Positions 40,002-51,162 of a stretch of DNA of 64,000 nucleotides are shown in pieces; position 1 is the first letter of the stretch, and the number at the start of each line of letters is the position of its first letter. This stretch comes from Patescibacteria group bacterium. GTDB taxonomy: Bacteria; Patescibacteriota; Patescibacteriia; Patescibacteriales; UBA12075. The notes beneath the pieces were generated by a model, which saw only the letters and a list, made by a program, of their open reading frames with translations, was not told the origin of the DNA and did no database searches. A program made the translations under genes and the position numbers. The DNA lies in NCBI GenBank assembly GCA_018897195.1, contig JAHILH010000004.1:83678-147677 (forward strand), in the 5' to 3' direction.

Positions 40002-40919
40002 CTAGACAGCTACCTTCTTGCTGTGTTTCTGAATGCTCACTGCTGCCACTGCGCCTTCAGCGGCGGCTGTTACAATTTGCTTAAACTTATTAGAGTTTGT
40101 GGAAATATCTCCCGCTGCCCACACGCCCGCAATATTAGTTTTTTGTTCAGCGTCAACCTTAATAAAACCGCCATCGTCAATTTCTACCCCCAAGCCACGA
40201 ACTAGCTCTACGTTTGGCACAAAACCGATTTCAATAAACAAACCGTCAATGGCAATGGAGTTTAAATCTTTATATGGTACATCTAAAATAATTTCATTCA
40301 ATTTTGTATCACCTTTAATTTCTTTGATGTTGGTATTATAAACCACTTCAATCTTTGGATTTTTTTTCACCGATTCAATCCAAAAATCTTCCGCACGGAA
40401 CTCGTCACGACGATGAATTAAGTAAACCTTCTCAGCGATATCAGCCATAAAAACAGCAGCACTCAGGGCACTATCGCCACCACCATTAATTGCCACTGTC
40501 TTGCCCCGATAAAAATAACCATCGCAAGTTGTACAATAAGATAACCCTTTTCCTAAAAACTCTTTTTCACCAGCAATACCCAATGAACGGTGAGCAGTGC
40601 CGACGGCAATTAAAATATTTTTTGCCTCAAGCTCTTTACTATTATCTAAAGTAATTTTAAAAACATTATCTTCCTTACTTAATTGTTTAACTAAGGCATA
40701 TTCCATTTCCGCTCCATATTTTTTAACATGCGCTTCACCTTTTTGCGCAAACTCAAAACCAGTAATCGTTTCGAATCCAAGATAATTACCGATCTCGTGT
40801 GTATTTGCCGCCAAACCACCTGGTTGGCCAATAACAATATTTTTTACACCGTACCGTGAAGAATAGATTGATGCCGACATTCCTGCCGGCCCCGCGCCAA
40901 TAATTGCTAAATCGTACAT
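40002..40919 (-). CDS. trxB: Thioredoxin reductase
   Basis: IIGAGPAG, SYCTTCDG, GGGDSA, HRRDEFRA, AAGD. Confidence 0.95.
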   Translation of the reverse strand: MYDLAIIGAGPAGMSASIYSSRYGVKNIVIGQPGGLAANTHEIGNYLGFETITGFEFAQKGEAHVKKYGAEMEYALVKQLSKEDNVFKITLDNSKELEAKNILIAVGTAHRSLGIAGEKEFLGKGLSYCTTCDGYFYRGKTVAINGGGDSALSAAVFMADIAEKVYLIHRRDEFRAEDFWIESVKKNPKIEVVYNTNIKEIKGDTKLNEIILDVPYKDLNSIAIDGLFIEIGFVPNVELVRGLGVEIDDGGFIKVDAEQKTNIAGVWAAGDISTNSNKFKQIVTAAAEGAVAAVSIQKHSKKVAV

Positions 40920-40935
40920 AATTTTTACTAATTAA

Positions 40936-42174
40936 TTATAATCGTCCGCGCTCCTTCATAGCTTGAGCAACCCTTTTAACCGCTAACGCATAAGCACCCA
41001 TGCGCATAGTTGTATTATATTTTTCTTTTTCAGCCCAAACCTCATTAAAGGAATTAACCATCATTTTTTCTAGTTTATCAAGAACTTTGTCTTCTGTCCA
41101 ATAATTACCATAAGCATTTTGTATTTGCTCAAAATAACTTACGCCTACGCCCCCAGCATTGGCTAAAATATCAGGAACAACTAAAATATTCTTCTTGTGT
41201 AAAATTTCATCAGCCTCAGGAGTAATTGGTCCATTCGCTAATTCGATAATCAATTTCGCGTTAATATTTTCAACGTTATCCTTGTTGATAGAATTTTCCA
41301 AAGCAGCCGGAATTAAAATATCCACTTCGTAGTCAAGGCAATGTTTTTTGCCATCATTCATACCACCATGAAAACCAGCTACTGATCCAGAGGCCTTCTT
41401 ATGTTCATCAATCTGATCGACATCTAGGCCCATGTAATTCGCTACCGTTCCGCGTGAATCACTTAAAACCACAATTTTATAACCACGCTCCTGTAGGAGT
41501 TTTGCCATATAACTACCTGCGTTGCCAAAACCTTGAATACCTACGGTTGCCCCTGAGTCCAAGCCGATTTTTTTAACCGCTTCCTCCAAGACATAAACCG
41601 CCCCTTGTGCTGTTGAATAAGCCCGTGCCTCTGAACCACCAATTGATAATGGCTTCCCGGTAATGACACCGGGCTGATGCCGCCCAATAAGCAATTCATA
41701 TTCATCCATCATCCACGCCATTATGCGTGAATCAGTATAAATATCTGGCGCTGACACATCCACCTCAGGGCCAATTAATTTATAGATCGCTCGAATATAA
41801 CCACGCGCCAATTTTTCAAGTTCATCAATTGATAGTTGACGAGGATCAACTATCACACCACCCTTACCACCTCCGAGAGGAATATTTACAACGGCTGTTT
41901 TCCATGTCATCCAAGTAGACAAAGCTTTTACCTCAGATACATTAACAGCAGGATGAAATCTAATCCCGCCCTTATACGGACCGCGCGCATTGTTATGCTG
42001 TGATCGAAAACCAATAAAAACTTTCACACTTCCATCATCCATTTTTACCGGAATTGACACTTCTAAAACCTTTTGTGGATACTTTAGTTGTTCTAAAATA
42101 TTTTTATCGATTTTAATCAATTTATCAATCTGCTCTAACTGCTTCAGGGCATTAGAGAATGGGTTATTTGGCAT
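40936..42174 (-). CDS. gdhA: Glutamate dehydrogenase
   Basis: [38 protein letters not shown]. Confidence 0.95.
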   Translation of the reverse strand: MPNNPFSNALKQLEQIDKLIKIDKNILEQLKYPQKVLEVSIPVKMDDGSVKVFIGFRSQHNNARGPYKGGIRFHPAVNVSEVKALSTWMTWKTAVVNIPLGGGKGGVIVDPRQLSIDELEKLARGYIRAIYKLIGPEVDVSAPDIYTDSRIMAWMMDEYELLIGRHQPGVITGKPLSIGGSEARAYSTAQGAVYVLEEAVKKIGLDSGATVGIQGFGNAGSYMAKLLQERGYKIVVLSDSRGTVANYMGLDVDQIDEHKKASGSVAGFHGGMNDGKKHCLDYEVDILIPAALENSINKDNVENINAKLIIELANGPITPEADEILHKKNILVVPDILANAGGVGVSYFEQIQNAYGNYWTEDKVLDKLEKMMVNSFNEVWAEKEKYNTTMRMGAYALAVKRVAQAMKERGRL

Positions 42175-42219
42175 ATGTGTTTTTTATTTTTAATTAATTT
42201 TAATGTTTATGATCTGGTT

Positions 42220-42552
42220 TTATTTTATTCTACTTTCAATGTCTGCCTTTAATGCGTCCTTTGGTCGCGCGCCTACAAAATCACCAATAACTTGGCCACC
42301 TTTAAATAATTTCATATTAGGAATACTTTGAATCTGATATTGCATTGCCAATTGTTGATGATTAGGATTTTCCACATCCAATTTTGCAATTTTCACCTTA
42401 CCGCTCATTTCCCCTGATAATTCATCAAGAACCGGCGCCATCATTCGACATGGACCACACCAAGGTGCCCAAAAATCGACCAACACGGGAATGTCAGACT
42501 TTAATACCTCTGTTTCAAAATTTTCGTTTGTTAAATCTAAAGCTTTACTCAT
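42220..42552 (-). CDS. trxA: Thioredoxin
   Basis: WCGPC. Confidence 0.97.
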   Translation of the reverse strand: MSKALDLTNENFETEVLKSDIPVLVDFWAPWCGPCRMMAPVLDELSGEMSGKVKIAKLDVENPNHQQLAMQYQIQSIPNMKLFKGGQVIGDFVGARPKDALKADIESRIK

Positions 42553-42644
42553 AAATTTTTTTATTTTACAATTAATTTTAAAAAAAATACAATCGCAAAA
42601 TTATTTCATTAATTATATTATTACATTAAAACATTAACACTAAA

Positions 42645-43700
42645 TTAATTTCCTTTATTCATTTTCTTCGCTAATAAAAACGAAAAGGGAATTTGTACAA
42701 AATAAGACAACATTATCACAATCACCATCACTGACAAAGAATTATCTTGGAAAATCAATGTAGTTGCCAATCCCAAGGCCAACGTAATATAACGCAAATA
42801 AATTCCCCAGGAAAAAGCCTTTCCGATTTCCTTATCTGAAAATTTATCAAACGACCAATAGGCCATAGCCAGCATTGAAGTATAGTACAACAACAGAGGG
42901 ACAATCGCTCGCAATAATAATGACCAATTATCAAAAACTACGGCATTAGCCTTCAAGCTCATTAACACAAAAATTACTATTAACATTCCCACATTGCTTA
43001 AATTCTTAAACAAGCCACGTTTTGATTGTAAATATTCTCGCCCCTTCTTTTTGGCAATCGCCTCGCGAGTATAATAAGCCAAAAGCAACGGAAAAATTAC
43101 AATCACCACAATTGGCAAAGCAATCTTTAAAGGACTAATACCATTAGTGCCACCAAATAAACAATTAGTCGCGCCCTTGGTTACTGTATCGACCACACAC
43201 TGCTCACCCGTTTGCTGTACTACCAACTGATTTTGCACGCTATTCATTGAGGCTGAAATTACAAACGGCGCTATTAGGGCCGCTACCAATAAATTTACTA
43301 AAATAATGCCGATCACCGCCCCCATATGCGCCCTTGTTTTCAAAGCCCAAGAAGTTGCCATGCCCCCACCGGGTAAAATTGACAATAAAATTAAGCCCAA
43401 CTTCAAGGCTGGATAGTTATTTAAAAATAAACTCGCGAATAAATACGCCAAAGCCGGTGAAATCACAAAGTTTATCAATACTGTCAGACTAATTATTTTA
43501 TAATTCTTGTGCACTGTTTTTAATTCTGAAAAATCCAATGGCAGTAATGATGGATAAATCATTACCAAGGCTGCTAACAAGCAAATCAAAGAGCTAAACG
43601 CAATTCCACCCCCAAACTTCGAAAACAAAATACCCGCTAATGACACGCTCAACAACCACCACATCATATTTTTTTCAATTTGAATTAAAAATTTTTGCAT
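42645..43700 (-). CDS. ACR3/BASS-family transporter
   Basis: ~9-10 TM helices; MIYP, INFVISP, LPGGGM motifs. Confidence 0.7.
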   Translation of the reverse strand: MQKFLIQIEKNMMWWLLSVSLAGILFSKFGGGIAFSSLICLLAALVMIYPSLLPLDFSELKTVHKNYKIISLTVLINFVISPALAYLFASLFLNNYPALKLGLILLSILPGGGMATSWALKTRAHMGAVIGIILVNLLVAALIAPFVISASMNSVQNQLVVQQTGEQCVVDTVTKGATNCLFGGTNGISPLKIALPIVVIVIFPLLLAYYTREAIAKKKGREYLQSKRGLFKNLSNVGMLIVIFVLMSLKANAVVFDNWSLLLRAIVPLLLYYTSMLAMAYWSFDKFSDKEIGKAFSWGIYLRYITLALGLATTLIFQDNSLSVMVIVIMLSYFVQIPFSFLLAKKMNKGN

Positions 43701-43719
43701 ATATAAAATTTAAGAATTA

Positions 43720-43765
43720 ATACACCCTATGGGGGTATATTACACCAAATTCTACATATCGTCAA
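43720..43765 (-). promoter_or_regulatory. Promoter with a CsoR-type operator
   Basis: Minus strand TTGACG-17-TAATAT immediately followed by ATACCCCCATAGGGTGTAT. Confidence 0.6.
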
Positions 43766-43836
43766 ATAATTTAAAATTAGCCAAAAAATGCCCGTGATTT
43801 TTGAATCACAGGCATTGAGATAATAAATAATATTTC

Positions 43837-44436
43837 CTACTTTTTCAACTTAGTATATGTCATTTTTTTCAAACCATTAAACCAATCCGTAAACTCCACA
43901 TTTTTCATCTCGGCAATAATCTTCTTCGCTGATTTTGTTTCAACAGCTATAGCCACATTATCAATCCAGTTCTGCGCCGCCTTATACCCCGTATCAACAT
44001 ATTCCTTAGCCTGAAAAGCAACTTCAAGCCAATCAGCATCCTTGGCTATAATTCCCTCTTTTGTACTTCGCCCTTCAAATTCATTAAAACATCGTTGCCA
44101 TTTTTCTTGAATCATTTCTGGCAGAAGTTCAGTCTGCTCTCTAAAAGCTTTGTCCTCTCCTTCTTTTTTAGAATAATATCGTGCGCCTATCTTGTCTTGA
44201 TCACCAACTCTAGTTTCCATATTGTCATGTATGATTAACATGGTAACAATTTTATCTGGATCAACATCGCCTTCCATCACTGCTAAAATATAACCAATCT
44301 GTGCTGCGCGAAATGAATGCTCGGCGACTGTTACTGGATATTTAATACCAGCCTTTAACCATCCAGAGTGGCTCTAACGTTTTAATTGACCGAGTTCAAA
44401 AATAAAATTCACAATTTGATTTATAGATTTTTTCAT
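43837..44436 (-). pseudogene. HD-domain 5'-deoxynucleotidase (YfbR/HDDC2-like) with an in-frame TAG at codon 21
   Basis: MKKSINQIVNFIFELGQLKR*SHSGW...VAEHSFR...IHD...DAD; TAG at 44374-44376. Confidence 0.8.
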
Positions 44437-44452
44437 ATATTATTTAAATGAA

Positions 44453-45256
44453 TTATAAACTAATTTTCTCCACTAACACCATCTTCTCACCTAAAAATTT
44501 CTCTCCTAATAATTTAAATCTCTCCACTGAATCCGTGATATAAAACTTTCTTATCTTACTGTTTTTTTGTAAATTATATTCCGGATGCCTGGTTAAATAT
44601 TCACGCAAGCTTTTGGCGACCACGTCACCAGGATTACAAACCCTGCATCGTGCCCCCATAATATTTTGCATTTCTTTAAGCAAGAGTGGATAGTGTGTGC
44701 AGCCAAGAATCAAGGACTGCACTTTTTGTTCCTTCAATGGGCGTAAATATTTTCTTAAAATCATTCTCGTTTCCGCTTTCTTACTCCAACCTTCTTCAAT
44801 CAGTGGAACCAATATAGGTGCTGCATTTTGCAAGACCTCCATCTCTTGATTTAGTTTATGAATTTCAATCGGATAGACATCAGATTCTATTGTTGCCCTT
44901 GTGCCAATCACACCTACTCGTTTTAACTTTTTATCACGAACAATGTTCTCCGCCAGTGGTCGAATAACGCCTAATACATTTTTACCAGGATATTTGGCCG
45001 GCAAATATTCTTGCTGAATCCGACGCAAAGCCATTGAGGAGGCCGTATTACAAGCAATCACAATTAAGGACGCTCCATGAGAAAATAAAAAATCGACTGC
45101 CTCGCGGGTATACTGATAAATCACCTCCTGTGAACGACCACCATATGGCGCCCGTGCGTTATCACCCAAATAAATATAATCGTATTCTGGCATTTCTTGC
45201 AAAACTGCTTTCAAAACAGTTAAGCCCCCAAAACCAGAATCAAAAAATCCAATCAT
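44453..45256 (-). CDS. murI: Glutamate racemase
   Basis: FDSGFGG, IACNTAS, LGCTHYP. Confidence 0.97.
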   Translation of the reverse strand: MIGFFDSGFGGLTVLKAVLQEMPEYDYIYLGDNARAPYGGRSQEVIYQYTREAVDFLFSHGASLIVIACNTASSMALRRIQQEYLPAKYPGKNVLGVIRPLAENIVRDKKLKRVGVIGTRATIESDVYPIEIHKLNQEMEVLQNAAPILVPLIEEGWSKKAETRMILRKYLRPLKEQKVQSLILGCTHYPLLLKEMQNIMGARCRVCNPGDVVAKSLREYLTRHPEYNLQKNSKIRKFYITDSVERFKLLGEKFLGEKMVLVEKISL

Positions 45257-45265
45257 AAAACAATT

Positions 45266-46573
45266 TTATTTCATAATCCCCTCTTTAAACAAATTCCCTC
45301 GCTCCTTATAATTTTTAAAGACACCAAAGCTCGCACATGCAGGTGATAACAAAACAATATCACCAGCCACAGCCTTTTTCCTAGCCACTATAATCGCCTT
45401 ATTCATATCATCAACCACGATATATTTATCCGCTGAATACTTTATCCTTTCTAATTCAATAATAATCCGTTCACTACCAACACCCTTGAATAAAACCAGG
45501 AACTTCACCCGCTTTTTTATTTCTTTGGCAAAATTTTTAAAATCAGCCCCCTTGTCCGCACCACCCGCTAACAAAATTATCGCTTGCGTAAACGATTTCA
45601 AGGCAATAATCGCGGAATCCGGAATTGTGGCAAAGCTGTCATCATAATAAATAATTCCTTTAACCTCGGCCACTTTTTCAATTCGATGCTCTAAGCCCTT
45701 AAAGCTTTTCACCGTTCTCCCTGCAATCCCTTCATCAATCTTTAATATTTTCGCCACTTCTAAAGCGGCAGCCACATTCTCTTTATTGTGCTCGCCTACC
45801 AACCCAGAGACTAATTCAGATTTAGTAAATTTAATAATTCTTCCAGAAGTCTTACATTTAGCATCCTGAACCTTATAGTTCGCAACCAAGTAATCATTTT
45901 TTTTCTGATGAATAAAAAGATTAGCCTTGGCATCCCAATAACTCTTTAGATTTTGATGAAAATTAGGATTAAACGGATCGGCCGGTGCCAAATGTTCCGG
46001 CGAAAAATTAGTCAACACGGCAATGTGTGGTGATTTATGCAAATCTTCTAATTGAAATGATGATAATTCCAAAACTACCCAGTCATTTTTTTTAATCTTA
46101 TTAATAAATGAGAAAGGCGCCACACCAATATTTCCACCCAACCAGACACGCTTTTTCGCTGTTTTCAAAATCGCCACAATTAAAGATGATGTTGTCCCCT
46201 TACCCTTTGTTCCAGTCACACCAATCAAATTCGTCGTTGGACATAGTTCAAAAAATAAATTCATTGCACTAAATAACAAACTTCCTTCCTTTAATCCAGC
46301 CTGAACACCTGGGCAGGCAATTGGCCAACCTGGAGAACGAAATAAGATATTAAAAACACCAAGATTACGATTGAATTCCGCTTCTAGCTTCCACTGCACG
46401 CCCAATTTTGAAAATTCTAAATATTTCTCACCCAATTGTTTCTCACTCCGTAAATCACAGATTGTTATCTCACATTCAACCTTCTCTTTTAATAAATATT
46501 TAATCAAAAAATAGTTCTCCACACCTAATCCCAGAATAGCAATTTTTTTCTTTTTTAATTCATTTAATTTCAT
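45266..46573 (-). CDS. murD: UDP-MurNAc-L-Ala:D-Glu ligase
   Basis: VTGTKGKGTT, GGNIG, ELSSFQL, LEHRIE, LSPACASF. Confidence 0.96.
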   Translation of the reverse strand: MKLNELKKKKIAILGLGVENYFLIKYLLKEKVECEITICDLRSEKQLGEKYLEFSKLGVQWKLEAEFNRNLGVFNILFRSPGWPIACPGVQAGLKEGSLLFSAMNLFFELCPTTNLIGVTGTKGKGTTSSLIVAILKTAKKRVWLGGNIGVAPFSFINKIKKNDWVVLELSSFQLEDLHKSPHIAVLTNFSPEHLAPADPFNPNFHQNLKSYWDAKANLFIHQKKNDYLVANYKVQDAKCKTSGRIIKFTKSELVSGLVGEHNKENVAAALEVAKILKIDEGIAGRTVKSFKGLEHRIEKVAEVKGIIYYDDSFATIPDSAIIALKSFTQAIILLAGGADKGADFKNFAKEIKKRVKFLVLFKGVGSERIIIELERIKYSADKYIVVDDMNKAIIVARKKAVAGDIVLLSPACASFGVFKNYKERGNLFKEGIMK

Positions 46574-46671
46574 GTTTTTATTATACTATACTTCCGAGAA
46601 AAGCCAAATATACTATTTGACAGAAAAATAAAATATTTTATAATAAGGATATAACTTTTAATCTAAATTTT

Positions 46672-46920
46672 ATGGAAATAGAAATTGAAAAAATACTTTC
46701 TTTAACTAAAAAGAAAATGAACGAGTCGGGCGCATATTCGCGCGAGGCCTTTGAACAGTTTGTTGAGGAAGCGATTGATTATTATCTACAAAAAGGCGAA
46801 TTATCCGATGATGATAATTTAGAATTCATTGAAGATCAAGTCATGGAAATGTATGACGTGGTTAAAGAAACAATTAGTGACGATGGCGGTATTAATGAAG
46901 AAACTTTTTATAATTTTTAA
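46672..46920 (+). CDS. Small acidic hypothetical protein
   Basis: 82 aa, D/E-rich; own promoter upstream. Confidence 0.7.
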   Translation: MEIEIEKILSLTKKKMNESGAYSREAFEQFVEEAIDYYLQKGELSDDDNLEFIEDQVMEMYDVVKETISDDGGINEETFYNF

Positions 46921-47028
46921 CCCTACCCAATCCAAAGCCATAGCTTCCTGTTATGGCGCGCACTAAACACTCTCATAAAAAAAAGAAAGCCGATTTACGG
47001 CTTTCTTTTTTTATTCTAAATTTTCTAA

Positions 47029-48891
47029 CTACACTTTAATGATAACTGGTAGAACCATCGGTCTACGTTTAGTTTGACTAAACAAGAATTGTCCAACTTC
47101 ATTACGAATTCGATTCTTAATATAATCATCATCAGCTGGAGCACCTTTGCAATGTTCCTTTACCAAGGCTTTAACCTTCATGCGAGTTTTTTCTATCAAC
47201 TCACGATTGTCTTTCATGTAAACGAAGCCTCTAGAAATTAAATCGGGGTTACCAATAATATCCGATGTTTTGGTATCAATTGTAGCAATTACCACAATCA
47301 TACCATCTTCAGCCATCACACGACGATCACGAAGCACAATATTAGACACATCGCCAACACCAAGGCCGTCAACCATAACATAATCAGCTGGCACCTTTTC
47401 TTTGGTTAATTTACCAGTCACCTTATCATTTTCTTTAGTAAACTCGGTAACTTGTCCATTATCCGGCACAAAAATATTTTCACGCGGGATACCAATCTGC
47501 TCAGCTAAGTCAGCATGGATTTGCAACATGTAGTGATTGCCCTCAATCGGCATAAAAAATTCCGGTTGCAAAAGACGCATCATCAATTTCAAATCCTCTT
47601 GTTTGGCATGACCACCAGCATGCACATCCATCATTTCATAGTGAATAATGCGACCACCCTGTCTCACGATTTGATCTTTTAAAGACTGAATTGAGCGCTC
47701 ATTACCAGGAATAACTGATGATGAAAAAATAATTGTATCTCCTCTTTGAATATGAATCGTGCGATGATCACCATTAACCACCTTCATTAAGAAGGCATTA
47801 CTCTCGCCTTGTGCACCCGTACCCAAAATCAAAATCTTATCATCGGGGATATTTTTCAAATCTGCATCGCGAATCAGTAATTTAGAATTAAATTTCAAAT
47901 AACCAATACCATGGGCAATTTCCACATTATCATTCATACTTCGTCCTTGCAGATAAATCTTACGTCCATGCTTAGCCGCCAAATCAAAAATCTTTTGCAA
48001 ACGACTTAATTGTGAAGCAAAAGTACCAATCATAATACGACCAGTAATCTTGTCAAAAATTCTATCCATCTCATCACCAATCGCTGACTCTGAAACTTGA
48101 TAACCAGGATGAGTGGCGTCAGTCGAATCGGCCATTAACAAAGTTACACCTTGTCCACCAATTTGTGCAATACGATTCAAATCAGCCGGTTTATCATTTA
48201 CTGGCGAATAATCAATCTTAAAATCGCCTGTATGAATTACATTACCAACGGGGGTGTGAGCAATAATTGCAAAACAATCAGGAATTGAGTGATTAACACG
48301 TAAGAATTCAATTCGGAAATTTCTGCCCAATTGAATAGCCTTAGTTTCATCAATTTCCGTAATCGCCAACTTCGGACATTTATTATATTCCTCAACACGC
48401 TTACGAACCAATCCAGCTGTTAGTCTACCCATAAACATCGGCGGATTACCAATCATACCCATTAAATGAGGGATAGCACCAATGTGATCCATGTGTCCAT
48501 GAGTAATAATTACACCCTTAATCCAATCTTCCTTGCCTTTTAAATATTCAGTGTTAGGAATAATATAGTCAATACCAGGCATATCCTCTTCAGGAAACTG
48601 TAGTCCCATATCAATAATAATTATTTCTTGCTCATATTCAATTAAAGTCATGTTGCGACCAACTTCTTCAAGCCCGCCTAAAACCATTACTCTTAATTTT
48701 CCTTTGGCAAAAATATGACTAGTGTCTTTCACCGCTTCTTCTTTGCGACCACCCATCTTACTATAATTACCACCCCGTCTATACGGAACAGCAGCCTTAA
48801 CTTCTTCTTTTTTATCACCCACCGCTTTTGTGTGCGCAATATTTTCGCCTTGAGGCAAACTTTTTACCTGTGGCTTAAACTTTCTTATCAT
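47029..48891 (-). CDS. rnj: Ribonuclease J
   Basis: LGGLEEVGRNM, THGHMDHIG, HTGDFK, MVDG, RRPMVLP. Confidence 0.96.
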   Translation of the reverse strand: MIRKFKPQVKSLPQGENIAHTKAVGDKKEEVKAAVPYRRGGNYSKMGGRKEEAVKDTSHIFAKGKLRVMVLGGLEEVGRNMTLIEYEQEIIIIDMGLQFPEEDMPGIDYIIPNTEYLKGKEDWIKGVIITHGHMDHIGAIPHLMGMIGNPPMFMGRLTAGLVRKRVEEYNKCPKLAITEIDETKAIQLGRNFRIEFLRVNHSIPDCFAIIAHTPVGNVIHTGDFKIDYSPVNDKPADLNRIAQIGGQGVTLLMADSTDATHPGYQVSESAIGDEMDRIFDKITGRIMIGTFASQLSRLQKIFDLAAKHGRKIYLQGRSMNDNVEIAHGIGYLKFNSKLLIRDADLKNIPDDKILILGTGAQGESNAFLMKVVNGDHRTIHIQRGDTIIFSSSVIPGNERSIQSLKDQIVRQGGRIIHYEMMDVHAGGHAKQEDLKLMMRLLQPEFFMPIEGNHYMLQIHADLAEQIGIPRENIFVPDNGQVTEFTKENDKVTGKLTKEKVPADYVMVDGLGVGDVSNIVLRDRRVMAEDGMIVVIATIDTKTSDIIGNPDLISRGFVYMKDNRELIEKTRMKVKALVKEHCKGAPADDDYIKNRIRNEVGQFLFSQTKRRPMVLPVIIKV

Positions 48892-48969
48892 ATTTTCTTT
48901 ATCGAAAATAAAAAACACAAAAACTACACTTAGTTTTGTTTTTTTATTTTATTTCTTTTATGAGACCAG

Positions 48970-50886
48970 TTACCAAATAATTTTTTTACCGGTTTTCAAA
49001 TACCATTCATTGATATTATCAAAACGATCACTTGGCACTAAAATATCTTTTATATTAAAATTTTTAATTTTCTTTACTTGTGGGTAGGTATAAATCGGTG
49101 AATATAAAAATATCGCCGGCACCTCCTCTGTAATAATTTCTTGAAATTTCTTATATTTAATCTGTCTATCTTCTTGTTTTAAAGATTGACGTGCGTCTTC
49201 TAATAATTGATCAACTTCTTTATTTTGGAAGTTAGCTACATTATAGCCTCCTTCATTGGTTTGAGTCGAATGCCAAAATAAATATGGATCCGGATCAGCT
49301 CCTAAGACTTGACCATATAGCAAGACATCAAAATTTCTCGTCTTAATCACTTCTGATTGTGCAATTGCTACTGGCACAATTTCTACTTCAGTTTTTACAC
49401 CAAGGCTTTCCCAATACTTCTTTACGCGGTCAGCCACCTTGACATACTCCGGTCTATCGACGGTTACCAATCTAACGGCAAAATATTTGCCATCTTTTTT
49501 GCGCCACTTACCTTGACCTAGGGCAGCTATTACATTAGCGTCGGCTACCACGCCCTCATCATTACTCTCTAAATTATTTTTTGCTTCTTCAACCATCGTT
49601 GCGGTAACTTCAATCATTTTCCAGTCAACACTATCAAGTAATTCATTTGCTTTTTTTATATCAAAATTATATTTTTTAATCTTGTCGTTGTAGGCAAAAT
49701 TATTCGGCAAAATTGGTCCATCAATTGAATAAGCACCGCCATTCAAATCTGTATTTACGATTTCATTTTTATCAATGCCATAAGCCAAGGCTTGTCTAAT
49801 TGCCTTATCAGCCAAAGACGCATTTTTCTTTTGATTAAAGAATAATACTGACAACTGTGGTAAATACAACTTATTGAAATTAAAATTCTTTGGTGTTAGG
49901 ATTTCCTCCCTACGATCAAATGGTAAATAACTTATACCATCAATCAAACCATCATTTAAGGCTTTGATTGCCTCGTCAACTACTGAATAAAATTTAAATT
50001 TCACTTCAACTAAGGGCTTAACGCCATAATAATCTTCATTAATTACCAAGTCATATTCCTTGATAGTTCCCGATTTTTCCTTGGTCAATTTATCAAACTT
50101 ATACATACCGCTCCCGATTGGCTTCTTATTCAATTCCACCGTCAAGGCTGATTCTGGAGAAATTTGATACCACTTCTCAGCCGGCAAAATACCAAAATTT
50201 AATAAATCCAAAAAAGCCACATATGGATTACCTAAAGTAAATTTAAATTTCTTCTCATCAATCTTTTCTACTTCAACACCAATAAAGCTAGTTCGCAAAG
50301 GTGATTTATATCTTGGCTCCTTAATAGCATTAAAAGTAAAAACAATATCATCAACCGTTAATGGCGCACCATCATGCCAATGTACATTGTCTTTAATTTC
50401 AAAAGTATAAACCTTGCCATCGGCACTAATTTCATAATTGGCCACTAAATCTTTTTCCAATTGTCCATCTTTACTCCGTCGGAATAATTTTGAATAAACT
50501 AAACTAGAAATATCCTTATCAACGTCATTAGCATCAACATATAAAGGATTAATATTAATCGGCACACCAACCAAACCTTCACTGTAAACACCACCTCGTA
50601 AAGGCACTTCCTGTAAACGTGTTAAATAAAAACGTGTCCCCAAAAAAACTAAACCAATAAAAACGACAAAAAAACTTATCTTCATCATGAGTATTTCTCT
50701 AGATGATAAGTATTTATTAAGATATTTTAATTGTTTAATGCTTGGAATTCTTGACTTAGAAAGAGAATAGACTAATTTTCGATCTGAGTTAGAAGTTATT
50801 TTTAAATTTTTCCTTTTTTTAAAATCGGTAATTACACCAAACAATAATAATCTATATTTTTTAATTAGATTTTTTATCGAGTCCAC
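48970..50886 (-). CDS. OppA/DppA family-5 solute-binding protein
   Basis: WHDGAPLTVDDIVFTF, PIGSGMY, IRQAL, DPYLFWHS. Confidence 0.9.
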   Translation of the reverse strand: MDSIKNLIKKYRLLLFGVITDFKKRKNLKITSNSDRKLVYSLSKSRIPSIKQLKYLNKYLSSREILMMKISFFVVFIGLVFLGTRFYLTRLQEVPLRGGVYSEGLVGVPININPLYVDANDVDKDISSLVYSKLFRRSKDGQLEKDLVANYEISADGKVYTFEIKDNVHWHDGAPLTVDDIVFTFNAIKEPRYKSPLRTSFIGVEVEKIDEKKFKFTLGNPYVAFLDLLNFGILPAEKWYQISPESALTVELNKKPIGSGMYKFDKLTKEKSGTIKEYDLVINEDYYGVKPLVEVKFKFYSVVDEAIKALNDGLIDGISYLPFDRREEILTPKNFNFNKLYLPQLSVLFFNQKKNASLADKAIRQALAYGIDKNEIVNTDLNGGAYSIDGPILPNNFAYNDKIKKYNFDIKKANELLDSVDWKMIEVTATMVEEAKNNLESNDEGVVADANVIAALGQGKWRKKDGKYFAVRLVTVDRPEYVKVADRVKKYWESLGVKTEVEIVPVAIAQSEVIKTRNFDVLLYGQVLGADPDPYLFWHSTQTNEGGYNVANFQNKEVDQLLEDARQSLKQEDRQIKYKKFQEIITEEVPAIFLYSPIYTYPQVKKIKNFNIKDILVPSDRFDNINEWYLKTGKKIIW

Positions 50887-50944
50887 AAATATAAGATTCT
50901 GTCATGCTATAGAGTATAGTGACCGTGACAGAAATAAGCTTATT

Positions 50945-51154
50945 TTAAATAAAATTAGCCAAAGAGATAGCAAAGAATAATACTGCTAAGACGATTGTTG
51001 CCACAAAAAGTTTTTTTTCAAAACCTCTTTTGGTCATAAAGACATTACCACTGCCACCAAAAACACCAGATAAACCAGAGCCCTTGCTTTGCAACAAGAT
51101 AACGACGATAAGAAGGATTGCTATAATTAATTGTCCTATTTTTAATAGATTCAT
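50945..51154 (-). CDS. secG: Preprotein translocase SecG
   Basis: ILLQSKGSGLSGVFGG...KRGFEK. Confidence 0.93.
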   Translation of the reverse strand: MNLLKIGQLIIAILLIVVILLQSKGSGLSGVFGGSGNVFMTKRGFEKKLFVATIVLAVLFFAISLANFI

Positions 51155-51162
51155 ATACGACC

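Noticed and set aside
43837-44436. Genome-wide stop-codon reassignment
   Set aside because: TAG and TGA terminate normal genes in the window, and only one in-frame stop was found
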